Assembly: GCA_002269645.1 (NCBI GenBank)
Contig: NIVC01000769.1
Coordinates: 62,001-126,000 of the forward strand
Direction: 5' to 3'
Source: Macrostomum lignano
Taxonomy: Eukaryota
DNA length: 64,000 nucleotides
Shown here: positions 35,548 through 48,690 of the stretch, piece after piece
Layout of the letters: each line of letters starts with the position of its first letter
How positions within the stretch are numbered: the stretch's first letter is position 1
Notes under the pieces: generated by a model
What the model was told of the DNA's origin: nothing
Databases searched by the model: none
What the model saw: only the letters and a program-made list of their open reading frames with translations
Made by a program: the position numbers and the translations under genes

Positions 35548-37548
35548 TGGATATTTGAATTCCAAGCTTGTCGGAGCGAGACCAGAAAATGCTGTTAATA
35601 GCGTACAGTATTACTGGTGTTAGTTAACTACCATCTGTACGATTTCCCACCCTCCCGAGCCCCATGTGTTCAAAGAGTGTCTGGTCGCCTCGGGCTGATA
35701 CACAGTTTTCTATTGGAAACATGTCGTCGTGGCCTAGATACACATGGAACGCGATAAGATCTACTATTGGGGTGCATGCTTCTCATGATTATTCAGCCAA
35801 TTGACTTTGATATGTTTTATTGTGCCAGCAAGTTTAGAGCTTTGGTTGCTTGAAGTTGTGAGAGAGTCAACTTGGCTACAGGTTCATGCTTCACCGCTTA
35901 TATCGTAACTGTTCGGTTTTATGGTCTGAATTGTAAAATGCCTTATCATCTCACTTACGAATCCAGATTAATCATCTTATGGACTGATTTGTGTAGTAAA
36001 CTAAAATGCTGTTTTAAATACTGAAAACTGGAGGTCCGAATGCTTAGCCTTAAAGCAAGTGCATAAGAATAGTATAATAATCTTCCGTTTTGAAATAGCA
36101 TTATAATAATATTGATAATCGGAACAGAGATATATATATTATGCTCGGTTGTTTTTATTGCTAGAATCACTCTTTGTGTTCTTAGTTAAGCTGATAATTT
36201 AGCCGATCAAGTTTCCCCAAGCGCTGCATCAGCCGCTGCCACAGAAATGCACTGGACCATATAGACAATAAAACCAGTCAAGTGGACAATTTCTTTCAAA
36301 ATCAGCACCAAGTGTAGAAATCAAGTCCTGCGGCCAGAATACTTGCTTTGATTGAAGCTCGGTTGGATTTGCAGCTTGCAGGCTGTTCACTTGATTGGCT
36401 TTATTGACTATGCTCGAGTGCAGTTCTTTGAGCAGTGCAAGATATCGTTAAGACCTTTATTGTTTATAATATCTGGAGTCATCAACAGAAAAAACCTCTT
36501 AACTGAGGCTTTTAGGTGGCAAATTGTGTACTGATGTTTTCAGCTAACCCAATAGTAGCCAAGGGGCGTCCATTACAGTATAGCTTAGGCGGCTATGGTG
36601 CTGGCGCCGAGTGACGCTACTTTTGCATGCTCGCGGTTCCTTAGCACGTTACGAAATCACCAATGGCATTGCTTAATGTGTGAGGAGTTAGGGGTTCCCC
36701 CAGTTTGGTTTCTGACGATAAATATTCTCTAATATTTGTCTCTGAATGACTGACTGACAGGTCTGACAACGGCTGCTCCAATTATGCATTAGTCTTTTTG
36801 CAGCATCTATAGTATTCCAAGCCTTTTTATATCGCACCTCTCCCCCTCTGACCCCTCTACTTGGCTGAATAGGGGCTAAGCTCTAGCTAGCTGTATAGCC
36901 AGTTAGCCTTCATGGCTTCGCGCGCAGGCGTACTTGTGCGTAGTTTCAAGGAGGCTTGAACAGCAAGTCTATAGTTTGATAGATGGACATTTTTGTGTTT
37001 TGAAAACTATGTAAACTAGTTCTGAGGCTGTTTTTTAGAATACAATATAATTTTCAAGTGTACGGTCGTACGGTGGGTTTAACTAGCTTTAAAATGAAAC
37101 CAAATTGATCATAAATTGCCTATATTTTGTGTGTAAACTGTCAAAACTGCAGCCAGCCTACAATTGTCTGATATCCAAGGCTTTAGGAAAGAGTTGCTTA
37201 CTCCAGATTCTGATAGTTGGCCTCCTTGCTAGTGTACAAAAAAATAAAGAGAGAGAGAGAGATAGAGGGGTGGAGAGAGGCGTGCCCCCATTCATTCATT
37301 TCTCGTGTATATAATAAAATGACGAAATTGCATTTCGTAAAATTAGAAGAGTTCATCATCACTCACAAGTGCTAGAAAATTCGGTTAGTAAAAAGATAAG
37401 CACAAGAAGTAAAGTCACGTGCAAATCGTATTCGATTTCAGCTGCAGTTATTTTGAGTCGCACGCAAAAGTTTAAAGAAAATACGCGCTGAAAAAATTCA
37501 GCCAAGCAGCGCAAAGTCGGAGAACTGAAGCAACTAAAAGACAAAATT

Positions 37549-40500
37549 ATGAAGCGTCCCGGAAGTAAAAACAATGTTAATAATAACAGCGCCACAGCTG
37601 ATGATGCCAATTCGTCAGTGGTTGTTGAGCAGAAGCCCAAGATTGAGCTGCGAAAAGAGATTGGCGTTATGCAAGGCGTCGGAATTATTATTGGCATCAT
37701 TGTCGGCTCGGGTATTTTTGTCTCGCCTAAAGGTATCCTGCAGGAGTCCAAGAGTGTCGGCTTAAGCTTTATTATGTGGGCAGTCACCGGCGTGTTCAGC
37801 GCTCTGGGCGCGATCTGCTATGCTGAGCTCGGAACTACTATACCCCGTTCGGGCGGAGAGTACATCTACGTACTGCAAGTGCTTGGCCCGCTGCCAGCGT
37901 TCTTAGTGCTATGGATCACCTTTGTAGCTATTGGTGCAGTTAGCACGGCTGCTAACTCGCTGCTGTTTGCCAAGTACTGCCTCACACCGCTGTTTGTTGG
38001 ATGCGAAGTTCCTGAGTATCTGACCAGGATGACCGCCTTCTTGTCTGTCGGTGAGTGCCCAGCAAAGCTTGGCTTATTCTGGCCATCACCGCCGGGTTTC
38101 AGTCGGTCATCTCCCTCCCTCCTGAGTTCTTTAGTCGGTCACCTCCCTCCCTCCTGAGTTCTTCAGTTAGTCATCTCCCTCCCTATTGAGTGTTTCAGTC
38201 GGTCATCTCCCCCTCCCGAGTTCTTCATTCGGTCAAGTCCTCTTTCCCGGCCGTTACTTTTCCTCTTTCCTGGTGATGGAGTTACTTGAGTGTCCAGTCT
38301 GAATTATTGGCAGTTTTGTCACGCAATAGGCTGTGAACTCGTTTGCGTAATTTGCACTTTGCTACCCAACTGAAAGCGCTGCAGTTCTAGCTTTGAAGGT
38401 TGGCTTTATTCTGCATATAATTTTGTTCAGTTTTTCTTGTTTTTTTAAGCGCAGTTGTCTTAAGTTCTCTCGTCCTCTGTGAGAAAAACTGAGCGGGCTG
38501 GTTTGTGCAGAGACTGCAATGGCACTGTTCAGTTGAATAAAAGCACAATCGTGAAGAAAACGCTAGCACATGTCAGGCAGCCTGTCTCTGTACATATAGA
38601 GCCATACTGATGAGGGCGGGGGCATTTTGGCTGGGCTTCCTCACCAAAAATGTGGCTGCGTCAGCTTTCAAATAGCGGGAGCTCTGGACTGGATCCCTGC
38701 ACTATGAAGTGTTAATGAGAGTGTTATATATTTCATTGCGTGCCCCTCCGCTATGCCAAGCCTCTCTGTCTTCTCTTTTAGTCTGGCTTTTTTCTCTTCT
38801 TTAAGTTTGTCTCTGCTTCTTCGGTTTAATATAGGGCTTATATTTTCGGCTTTTCATTTCTGTTTTTGCACCAGTTAAATTTGGCACACTTGTTGTATGA
38901 GCAGCGTTTTATAGTTTACTGCTTGTTGAATATATAAGCTGCGGCAAGGTTGACTGAGAACAAGAACATACGCTTACTAATAGTACTCTAATGTAGTGAA
39001 TAATTAACATCATTATCATTATAAAATCTGTCCCTGCTGGAATCTACCCCGAACTGGTAGAATCTACCCCAAACTGGTAGAATCTACCCCGAACTGGTAG
39101 AATCTACCCCAAACCTGCTAATCTACTCGAACTGGTAGGATCTGCCCAAAACCTGCCAGAATCTCCCCCAAACCTGCCAGAATCTACCCAAACTGCTAGA
39201 ATCTGTTCCAAACCTGCCAGAATCTACCCGAACTGCTAGAATCTGTTCCAAACCTGCCAGAATCTACCCGAACTGCTAGAATCTGTTCCAAACCTGCCAG
39301 AATCTACCCGAACTACTAGAATCTGTTCCAAACCTGCCAGAATCTACCCGAACTACTAGAATCTGCCTCAAACCTTCCAAAATCTACCCGAACTGCTAGA
39401 ATCTGTTTCAAACCTGCCAGAATCTACCCGAACTACTAGAATCTGTTCCAAACCTGCCAGAATCTACCCGAACTGCTAGAATCTGTTCCAAACCTGCCAG
39501 AATATACCCGAACTACTAGAATCTGCCTCAAACCTGCCAGAATCTACCCGAACTACTAGAATCTGTTCCAAACCTGCCAGAATCTACCCGAACTGCTAGA
39601 ATCTGTTCCAAACCTGCCAGAATCTACCCGAACTGCTAGAATCTGTTCCAAACCTGCCAGAATCTACCCGAACTGCTAGAATCTGTTTCAAACCTGCCAG
39701 AATCTACCCGAACTAGAATCTAAACCTGCCAGAATCTACCCGAACTTAGAATCTGTTCAAACCTGCCAGAATCTACCCGAACTGCTAGAATCTGTTCCAA
39801 ACCTGCCAGAATATACCCGAACTACTAGAATCTGCCTCAAACCTGCCAGAATCTACCCGAACTACTAGAATCTGTTCCAAACCTGCCAGAATCTACCCGA
39901 ACTGCTAGAATCTGTTCCAAACCTGCCAGAATCTACCCGAACTGCTAGAATCTGTTCCAAACCTGCCAGAATCTACCCGAACTGCTAGAATCTGTTCCAA
40001 ACCTCCCAGAATCTACCCGAACTACTAGAATCTGCCCCAAACTTGCCAGAATCTATCCCAAACCTGCTGGAATCTATCCAGAACTGCTAGAATCTGCCCC
40101 AAACCTGCCAGAATCTACCTGAACTGCTAGTATCCGGTCGAACTGCTGCTAGATTCACACTTAGATAGCAGGCCAGTAATCATTCAGAATGACAGCAAAC
40201 TGTTGGGCAGTTAAATGTTTAAGTCGGGCATCTTATTGGTTATCGTATTCAAGCTCCCTGTCGAAATGCAGTTATTAGGTTTCTAGTTGTTTATTGTTAA
40301 TTCTGTACAACGTCAATTATGCATGCATTTGAAGCACCACGTGCCTTAATTTTTAACTGTCACTTGGTCCACTTTGTAAATACAATTGTGAAAGTTTAGC
40401 TAATCAATCTATTATCAATCAACAAACTGCAGCAATGCTATGCGCAATCAACTGCATCAATGTTAAACTGGCCACAAAGACTGCGGTTGTAATCTCAGTG

Positions 40501-42444
40501 TGCAAAGTCAGCGCCCTGGTCATCATCACCGTTATCGGCTTTTACTACTTTGGCCAGGGGAAAACTGAGAACTTTGAAAACTCTTTCGAAGGTAGCGACT
40601 ACGGATTAGGCACAATATCCGCCTTCTACCAGGGCTTCTGGGCCTTTGCCGGCTGGTAAGCGTCTACCTATCTACCCTGAGTCTTCCCCTATCTTTTATC
40701 TGGCCTTCCCGTTCCCTATTCTCTAGCTTTCTCTATCAACCCTATCCTTTTCTATCTTCCCTATTCTCTACCCTATCCTTCCCTCTCTACCCAATCTTCT
40801 ATCCACCCTATCTTCTCCATCTTCCCCCACCTACCTCATCTTCCTCTGCCTACCTCTCTTCCCCTATCTACCCCGTCTTCCCCTACCTACCCTATCTTCC
40901 CCTATCTTCCCTTTATCTACTGTATTGTTTCTCTGCGTCATCTCCAACCCCCCGGCCTGATCTCCGTCCATTTTGCAGGAACTATCTCAACTTTCTAACG
41001 GAAGAGATGAAGCGACCATCCAGAAGCCTGCCACTGGCTATCATAATCTCCCTATCGCTAATTACCGTTATCTACGTTACGGCCAACCTGGCTTACCTGG
41101 CGGTACTTACGCCTGACCAGTTAATAGCGTCGCACGCAGTAGCCGTCACGTTTGCTGAGAAGACGATGGGCGCTGGAGCTTTTGTCATGCCACTGTTCGT
41201 TGCTATCGCCATATTTGGCAGCATGAATGGCGAAGTATTGAGCATGTCTAGGGCGGCGTTTACTGGTGCCTACGAGGGTCACTTCCCGACCGCCCTGGCT
41301 ATGGTCAGCGCTAAACGGCTGACGCCTATGCCTTCGGTGCTGTTCATGGTAAACTTGGGGTCTGGTTAAACATGAAAAGATACTCGCAAGAGGGCCGTGA
41401 CCACCCTGGCGCAACGCCTTTGGCGACATCATATCGCAACCAGCGCTGAGGCAATTCTGCCCATTCCTCTGACTCCTGAGCACACGCAAGCACAGGGATA
41501 CTGTACACAGGCACGCACTCAAGCACACGCTCACACAGGGTGTACAGCGGCCCTGACTGTCTAATCGTCAGGCATGTACACTCTGTTCCTTGGAGTTGGC
41601 CTTCGTGGCTGTGAATCGCACGGAAACCCATTAGGCCATTGTTGTGCACACGCCTTTCCAAGGTGCCATAATAACGCATAAATATTTGTTTTAATCATTT
41701 ACTCTTCAAGTGACTGAACCGATTTTGCAGGGCATCTGCACTTTAGTGTTCCAGCAGCTGTTCACTAATCAGCTGGATTATCTCATTGAACTGACGGGAT
41801 TTGCTTTCATGGCCATCATTCTATTGGCAATTGGCTGCCTATTGGTGCTGCGGGTTAAGCATCCCGAGTTGCCTAGGTCGCTTAAGGTATGTACTCTGGG
41901 GATCGAAGTTCTGAGGCTCGAACTGAGCTTATGAATCTGAGCTTATGAAATTTGGAACTCTTGATACGCACTGGAATCCCTGTGATAACCGAACTTACCT
42001 CTTTTTGTTTGTGCTCGATAAATTCCAGCTGCCGCTGCCGATCCCAATCTTGCTATTCATCATCACCAGCTTCATCTGTATCATAACGCTGGTTAAATCG
42101 CCCAAGGAGAGCCTCATCTCCATCTGCGTCATGCTGACTGGCCTGCCATTCTATTTTGTTGGCGTTGTTTGGAAACGAAAGCCGGCCTCGTTGCAGGGCA
42201 AATTCGGTAGGTAGCGGCTCTCTGCTTTGAATGCTTCTTTGCTTGATGCACTACTTGAAGGGGCAGAGCAGCTTAACGATTTGGGGCTTCTGTGTCTTTG
42301 CAAACTAGTCAATCTTTAACCAATCGCACAGCAAAAGTTATTATAGAAAGCATTACGCCTTACATTTTTACACTTGCAGACAAGCTGACGGAATTTGTGC
42401 AGAAGTTTCTACTCGTTCTGCCTCAGGAGAAACCGTTGGATTAA
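37549..42444 (+). CDS. SLC7 L-type/heteromeric amino-acid transporter light chain, 497 aa; exons 37549-38050, 40433-40655, 40979-41348, 41731-41886, 42029-42206, 42380-42444
   Basis: GIIIGIIVGSGIFVSPKGIL, YAELGTTIPRSGGEYIY, conserved heavy-chain Cys (PLFVGCEVPE), GFWAFAGW|NYLNFLTEEMKRPSRSLPLAI, FGSMNG..SRAAF..EGHFP, ending FVQKFLLVLPQE. All splice phases match (sum 1494 bp). Exact SLC7A paralog not assignable. Confidence 0.93.
38099..38235. repeat. 32-bp intronic minisatellite, about 4 copies
   Basis: Unit tcagtcggtcatctccctccctcctgagttct, starting about 50 bp after the SLC7 exon 1 donor. Confidence 0.85.
39040..40135. repeat. 40-bp tandem array (dimer of two ~20-bp subunits) in SLC7 intron 1, about 27 copies
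   Basis: Unit aacctgccagaatctacccg-aactgctagaatctgttcca; monomeric ~20-bp units at the left edge. Confidence 0.95.
41393..41672 (-). mobile_element. Second copy of the dispersed repeat at 17281-17459, antisense in SLC7 intron 3, with about 105 bp of extra internal sequence
   Basis: Reverse complement gives caaggaacagagtgtacatgcctgacgat..[insert]..aattgcctcagcgctggttgcgatatgatgtcgccaaaggcgttgcgccagggtggtc. Confidence 0.6.
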
Positions 42445-42513
42445 CTGAATAATAACTCCGTCAGCTGTTTAGCGTCACTACTGGCTCAATTAGCTTTTGT
42501 TAAAAAGTTATTC

Positions 42514-42830
42514 GGGGTTGTAGCCTAGTGATTAGAGCGTCCGACTCATGGCTGAAAGGTCGGGGGTTCGATTCATCACCCAGTCGTAGTAATTTGTGTC
42601 CTTGAGCAAGACACCTTATTCTGCATTGCTTCAGTTCCCCCATCTTTAAAATGGGTGCCAGCATTAGCTGGGGTAATTGAGGGTGTAAGGCGACCCCCCA
42701 GTCCTTGGACTGGACAGCAGTTCGCAGCCTTCAGATGCGCCGCGCAATAGCTGCGGCTGAGCTGTCGGTTGCACATCTGCCCGTTAAGGCAATTATGATT
42801 ATTAGTACTATTTTTATTATTATTATATAT
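42514..42830 (+). mobile_element. tRNA-derived CORE-SINE, copy 2, 70 bp after the SLC7 stop
   Basis: A box tagcctagtga, B box gggttcgattc, CORE block and 3' region closely matching 3930-4206; (att)n tail. Confidence 0.87.
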
Positions 42831-43520
42831 TTTAAGACTACTATGAAGTAGTTCAGTAGGACGCAACGGTTCCAACTTGGGCATTAATAAAATTATCGAT
42901 CAGACAAAAAAATTATAAGTATATAAGCAAACTGAGCCATGTTAATGCAGTTTTTCCTTGCACGCTTCGTACAATCTGCATGCTTGTTCTCTATTGATTT
43001 TGTTGATCTTGTCTGCTATGAACTATCAATGCATGCTCATTGTGGCCAATTCCAATCATGCTTTCTTTCTGCTCTGCACGGTTTCTAAATTCTTATTATT
43101 ATATTTAATAAGTCGGAATTATTCTGTTGTGCCATGCTTCGTTTTAGCCTCCCTCCAGTGTGTTCGCTTTTGTCTTATCTTAAACCAATATGTGCAGCAT
43201 TGTGCCTACTTATTATTAACTGTTGCTTTTATTAATAATTGGTTTTTCTGTTCACACGCACTCGCACACCTGTGTCCTATTGGAACTGTTGTTATTTTAG
43301 TCTGCTTGCACGGCTTCTACTACTCAAACAGGGTTGAAGTTTTCTCTGACATTTTCTCTTTTGTCTCTCTTCAGCAAGCTATGGGTGTGTTCTGAAATAT
43401 AAACGTTACAGTTTACTGACTCTGGGTTTACTTATGCTTATTTTCTCTTTTATTGGGTGATTTGCAAATTAAATTCATTCTCTGTGACTTGTTAGCAAGT
43501 GTCTTTGTCATATCGATTGT

Positions 43521-43692
43521 AGTGTCATACATTGGTTGCTGAGAATCACTATAGTGTCACACAGGGGTTGCTGAGAATCACTATAGTGTCACACTGGGGT
43601 TGCTGAGAATCACTATAGTGTCACACAGGGGTTGCTGAGAATCACTATAGTGTCACACTGGGGTTGCTGAGAATCACTATAGTGTCACACTG
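43521..43692. repeat. 32-bp minisatellite, 5 copies
   Basis: Unit ggttgctgagaatcactatagtgtcacac(a/t)gg, containing the palindrome cactatagtg. Confidence 0.9.
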
Positions 43693-44621
43693 TGGTAGAG
43701 TCACTCCTGTGTTGCACTGCGGTATTGAGAGTCGCTGTATTATTACAGATCTGAGTGATTCGAGTGATTCTGAAATCACTCGAATGTCACACGTAGTTTT
43801 GAGAATTACTCTCGAATGTCACACAATAGTAGTGAGAGTCACCGGTGTAGGTTAATTGTAAACATTAGGCTCTATGCGTATCAAAGTCTACATATCAGCT
43901 CGTTGCAATTTCCTGTTTTGTGATCTCAAAACCGTCTCATCAAGTAAAGCCTATCTGTATTTCTGTGGAATATTGAGCCGCCAATCTGCCAATATTCAAG
44001 TGCCATTGGGCGCCTACTCAATCTAAAAACATGCACGATCTTCGATGTTTAATGCATATTGCATAAAATTCTTACAATGTACGAGCTATACACTTTATTT
44101 GGCGATTTTAACGTGCCAAATTTTAGGACTATGGTGTGCTAATTTAATTTCCTTCAATTTGCGTTTATTGCTACTATCAGCGTCCTATATGCTCTATTTT
44201 TGTTTTAGCTTGTGCTCGACTCATTTTTTGAAAACCAATGCTCAAAGCAAAACGGTTTAATTGTTATTTCCTATTCAATACAACTTGATTCTTGTTTGTT
44301 GGTGTTTTACTTCTTTCTTTTTCCTTCCCTTCTCAAGTCTTCTGGTTTGGGCTGTTTCTCTTGCCTTATAATAGTTTCTAAAACGCATAAGTCCTTTTCT
44401 AAAATCACCAAGTCTTTAAGGTTTGTTTTTTTTTAACTATAAGCCGTAAACTGATAAACACCGCCAGGCCCCTTGCGAATGACTGAAGCAGACTTAGACG
44501 ACATGAACCTCCTTGAATTTATCTTTCTAACGTTAATACGAGCGTAATTCTTCAATAGAGTTGCTCTAAACATTAAAAACGTCGCTTAACTCTGAGAATC
44601 TTGCGCTCTTAATCATTCTTA

Positions 44622-45195
44622 ACAGCTGTGACAATCGCTCTTCAACATCCTTAAAACCGGCCATGTCACAGCTGTGACAATCGCTCTTCAACATCCTTAA
44701 AACCGGCCATGTCACAGCTGTGACAATCGCTCTTCAACATCCTTAAAACCGGCCATGTCACAGCTGTGACAATCGCTCTTCAACATCCTTAAAACCGGCC
44801 ATGTCACAGCTGAGACAATCGCTCTTCAACATCCTTAAAACCGGCCATGTCACAGCTGTGACAATCGCTCTTCAACATCCTTAAAACCGGCCATGTCACA
44901 GCTGAGACAATCGCTCTTCAACATCCTTAAAACCGGCCATGTCACAGCTGAGACAATCGCTCTTCAACATCCTTAAAACCGGCCATGTCACAGCTGAGAC
45001 AATCGCTCTTCAACATCCTTAAAACCGGCCATGTCACAGCTGTGACAATCGCTCTTCAACATCCTTAAAACCGGCCATGTCACAGCTGAGACAATCGCTC
45101 TTCAACATCCTTAAAACCGGCCATGTCACAGCTGTGACAATCGCTCTTCAACATCCTTAAAACCGGCCATGTCACAGCTGAGACAATCGCTCTTC
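44622..45195. repeat. 46-bp tandem array, about 12.5 copies, with a 16-bp palindrome at each junction
   Basis: Unit acagctg(t/a)gacaatcgctcttcaacatccttaaaaccggccatgtc; junction tgtcacagctgtgaca is self-complementary. Confidence 0.95.
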
Positions 45196-45818
45196 TATAT
45201 GTTAGAAATCTTTAGCAGTCATACCGTAGCATCCGTGAAATAAAATCGCTCCATAAAGCGTCCATAGGTGAATCGCTCTAAGCGCATTTTCGGCCTGTAC
45301 TACTAAATTTATCTTCCAGTCGAACCAAAATTTTCTGAATTTATTATTTTTCAATACAGTTGCTTGCTAATTCCGGATTTGTTTGCATCGGCGCTCGTAC
45401 TTTCGCTAATCTTCATCGATTTTCTCTGCGCATTATTTGGCTTGACGCGATCGTTTTATTTCTGCAACAGTTTTCTTCCTTGGAGAAAGTTGTGCTTTTA
45501 TGTTTTTTTGTTCTCTTACGCAACACCTTTTGTGTGCTTTTTTCTCTCCCACCTTCTTTATTGTACGCAGTTAATTGGTTTCCATGGTGATAAGCTCCGC
45601 GTCCGCTAATTTAAAATACAGCTGCGTCAGCTAACTGCCTGAATTGTTTTATTCGTCCCGTCTACCTTGCTAAAAGGCAAGCTGACATGCTGTGCCGCCA
45701 TTTATCTACCAATTGTTTATCTCGGCGGCCAGAATTGCAACAAAGCATTTTTGTGTATAGTCTGTCTCTGTGTGTCTACTTTTGTAATCATCGCCAAACT
45801 GCAGAATGTTTCTTTAGT

Positions 45819-46150
45819 CAGAGACGGAACAAAGTTCAGATGGATCGACAAATTTGAGTCAGAGACGTGGAACAAAGTTCACATGGATTTTCGGATTTGA
45901 TACAGAGACGTGGAACAAAGTTCAGATGGATTGTCAGATTTGAGTCAGAGAGGTGGAACAAAGTTCACATGGATTTTCGGATTTGATACAGAGACGTGGA
46001 ACAAAGTTCAGATGGATTGTCAGATTTGATTCAGAGACGTGGAACAAAGTTCAGATGGATTGTCAGATTTGAATCAGAGACGTGAAACAAAGTTCACATG
46101 GATTGTCAGATTTGAGTCAGAGGTGGAACAAAGTTCAGATGGATTGTCAG
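45819..46150. repeat. 43-bp minisatellite, about 8 copies
   Basis: Unit cagagacgtggaacaaagttcagatggattgtcagatttgagt with variants. Confidence 0.9.
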
Positions 46151-48690
46151 ATTTTATTCATCTGATTTGAGTCAGAACAGGTATCACAGAGGGTCAGACT
46201 GACCATGAGGATAAGTCAGACTTAAACCTTTCTTTCAAGGCTCGAATAGAGTACAGACTAAACTCGCTCAGATCACGTGAGAAATCTGGCGAAGCGGTTG
46301 TCGACCTCAAGCGGAGCTCAAACCGGCTCTAGGCTAAGAACCTGGCTTGCTCGTATAAATCTATCTCAGATCTTGAGCACGAGTTGTACACCGGAATCTC
46401 CTCCGTAATTCGGCCCTCTCGATCCATGAATTAGTGAGGAAGCAGAAGTGAAACAGATTAGGAGCCACTACAGGCGGGCACTGGGGCGATAATTCCCTTC
46501 TTCCTCTGAATCTCTTCCCTGCAGATACAGGGATTAATGTACAAGCAGTAGCTGCAGTGAGGAAGTGGGAAGAAACTGCCATGCGTGCACTCAAACTTTC
46601 ACGACTGTTGGTCTCCGGTTGTAAAAGAATTCTCTAATTATCGTCTACTCCGATTGAAAAGTACACGCTTCGAATTCTTTGATTCGTTTGCATTGAAACT
46701 CAATTTATAGGTTGAGACACTGTACAACACTAGACTGATTTTGGGTAATCCACAGCTTGCCTCCCTTCCAATCTCAATTGTCTGTCTATCTCACCTCCGT
46801 GACATTCTGCAGACACGCAAGGCAAAGCAATACAAGACATCATATTGTTCATTGTTTTGCTGAGCTACGTGGGCATAAATGCACGCCGCTCCGTATGGCC
46901 AAATTGGGCCTTCACGGATAAGGCCAAATACAAGGGCCGAGGGGGGGGGGTTGCCAAGGCTGAGTTTCTCTGGATTTTTTACCATAATAAACATTTCCCA
47001 CCGATGCACAGCGGTCTGCATGTGTTTTGCATTGCGGCATCCGCCTCGTGTAGCCCCTCCACCCCCTTATAAGGACCTTCACTCCGTTTTTTATATATTG
47101 GGGGTTCTGGGCGACGATTGATGGCTGAAGGGGCTTGACATTGGGGGGCTGTGTTTGGCTGCAGAGGTGAGGAAAAGATAGATGCTCGGAGATGGGCTTG
47201 AGCCAGACAGTGGAGCCGCCCTAATACTGCCAGCTAGCTGCTTTTTACCGAGCGAAACCGTCTAAGAGAATCCGAAATGACGGAGAGACCTCCCGCTGGG
47301 AGTCGCGGCGTGGACGGATGATGAGTCCTCGGTCTGGGGCGTCGGTAACCAACCAGCAATTCGAGGCTGCCTAAAGCTAGGATCTATCCCTCGCACTCGG
47401 CCCAAAAAGCGCTCTCCATCCACCGCGAGAGAAAGAGGGAAGCGGGGCGCCACGGGGATGATGGGGGCTGAGGGGGGAAGCGCTCTGCTAAAGGAGCTGG
47501 AGTGGCAGAGTTAGGATATATGAGACCGGCCTCGCCCCGGGGGAATTCAAGGACATCCTCAACCTGCTCTCTCTCTGTCTGTCTCTCTGTCTCTGTTTCT
47601 GTCGCCTTCTCTGTTTCTCATTCTTCATCTCTGCCTCGTTCTAAGCTCCCAATCCTTTTTTGCCATTCCGCCAGCTTTTTATTCGCATCGCTCATCGCCG
47701 GCTGCTTAAAGCTCTGGTGTGACACAATGCCTCCAGCTGCAGAAACAGAGGGGTTGCAGGACGGAGGAAGAGCAGGGGGCTGGCTTGGAGGCTGTGGAAC
47801 TGTAGAAATCCCATTTAGACGGACGGAGCTCCAGCATGGCGAGAGCAGCAGCGGCTGTACCGGCCAGAGCGTGAGGAAAAGGGATGAGGCTGCCGCACTG
47901 ACATGCAATCATGCAGCTGGATGCTGGCGGCACAGCCAATGGCGTTTCGAGGCACTTCGTCCGTCTTCCTGCTGCAGGCCAACCAGGTGCTCACCTGAAT
48001 TCTCTTCCCCCCTCCATTCACCCTTTAGTCTCTTCTCCTCATCACGTCCCTTTGCAAAACAGGGGAGGGTAGACAGGTAGTTCAGTAAGAGTCCGTCCGC
48101 GTCTGACTTCCCTCCCTCCTAGTGCCGCTCCAACCCTCGCTCACTCACTCGCCCGCCTCCAACCACCCCCTTACTCTTCCCTATCACTCTTTGCATGCAC
48201 TTCCTCCTCTGAAAGGAGGGCCTGCCGTTAGACCCCGCAGTTGAGGTGAGCGCTCAGTTGTTTCAGTTCTTAGCCGCCCCCCCCCCTTGTCTCTCCTCCC
48301 TGAGCTCCCTTGAGCCAGGCAGGCTGCTTAACTGTCGGTGCCGACTGGCCAGCTTCCAGCGTCAAAGCGATAGCAAAACTCGCTTTGCCAGTTGAAGTAG
48401 CAGGCAAACCAGAAGCAACAGGTGGCTACGGGGTTGCCCCCGCAAGTGTATCAAGTCTGGCTAAGGCGAAACCCTGACCCCTAACCCCAGCCAAGAAGTT
48501 GCAGCAGATTACAGAGGCGAGGCGCTCCCTCGGGAGGAGGCAGCCAAAAGAGGCTGAACAGGTGGAAAAGCAAATTTTATCAATCAGATTTCTGTTTGCG
48601 TCTCTTGACGGCTCTGACGGCAGCCACCCACCCAGCCCACCTACGCATCAGCCATGCTCGTAGGGACCGCCTGACCTGCCGCCTCCCTCA

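Noticed and set aside
34592-35623. 343-aa ORF with SIQFRQSAFNSDSQH repeats
   Set aside because: Product of a stop-free 20-bp satellite cycling through all three frames; TTG start, no splice or codon support.
38606-38620. ctgatgag motifs here and at about 51700 as hammerhead cores
   Set aside because: No stem II followed by GAAA at the proper spacing.
43545-43690. ctatagtgtcac / cactatag resembling SP6 and T7 promoter sequence (vector contamination)
   Set aside because: Only a 12-bp match, embedded in a 32-bp genomic minisatellite with no other vector sequence.
44622-45195. CRISPR-like appearance of palindromic repeats (also the 31-, 32- and 43-bp arrays)
   Set aside because: Units are contiguous with no unique spacers, there are no cas genes, and the context is eukaryotic.
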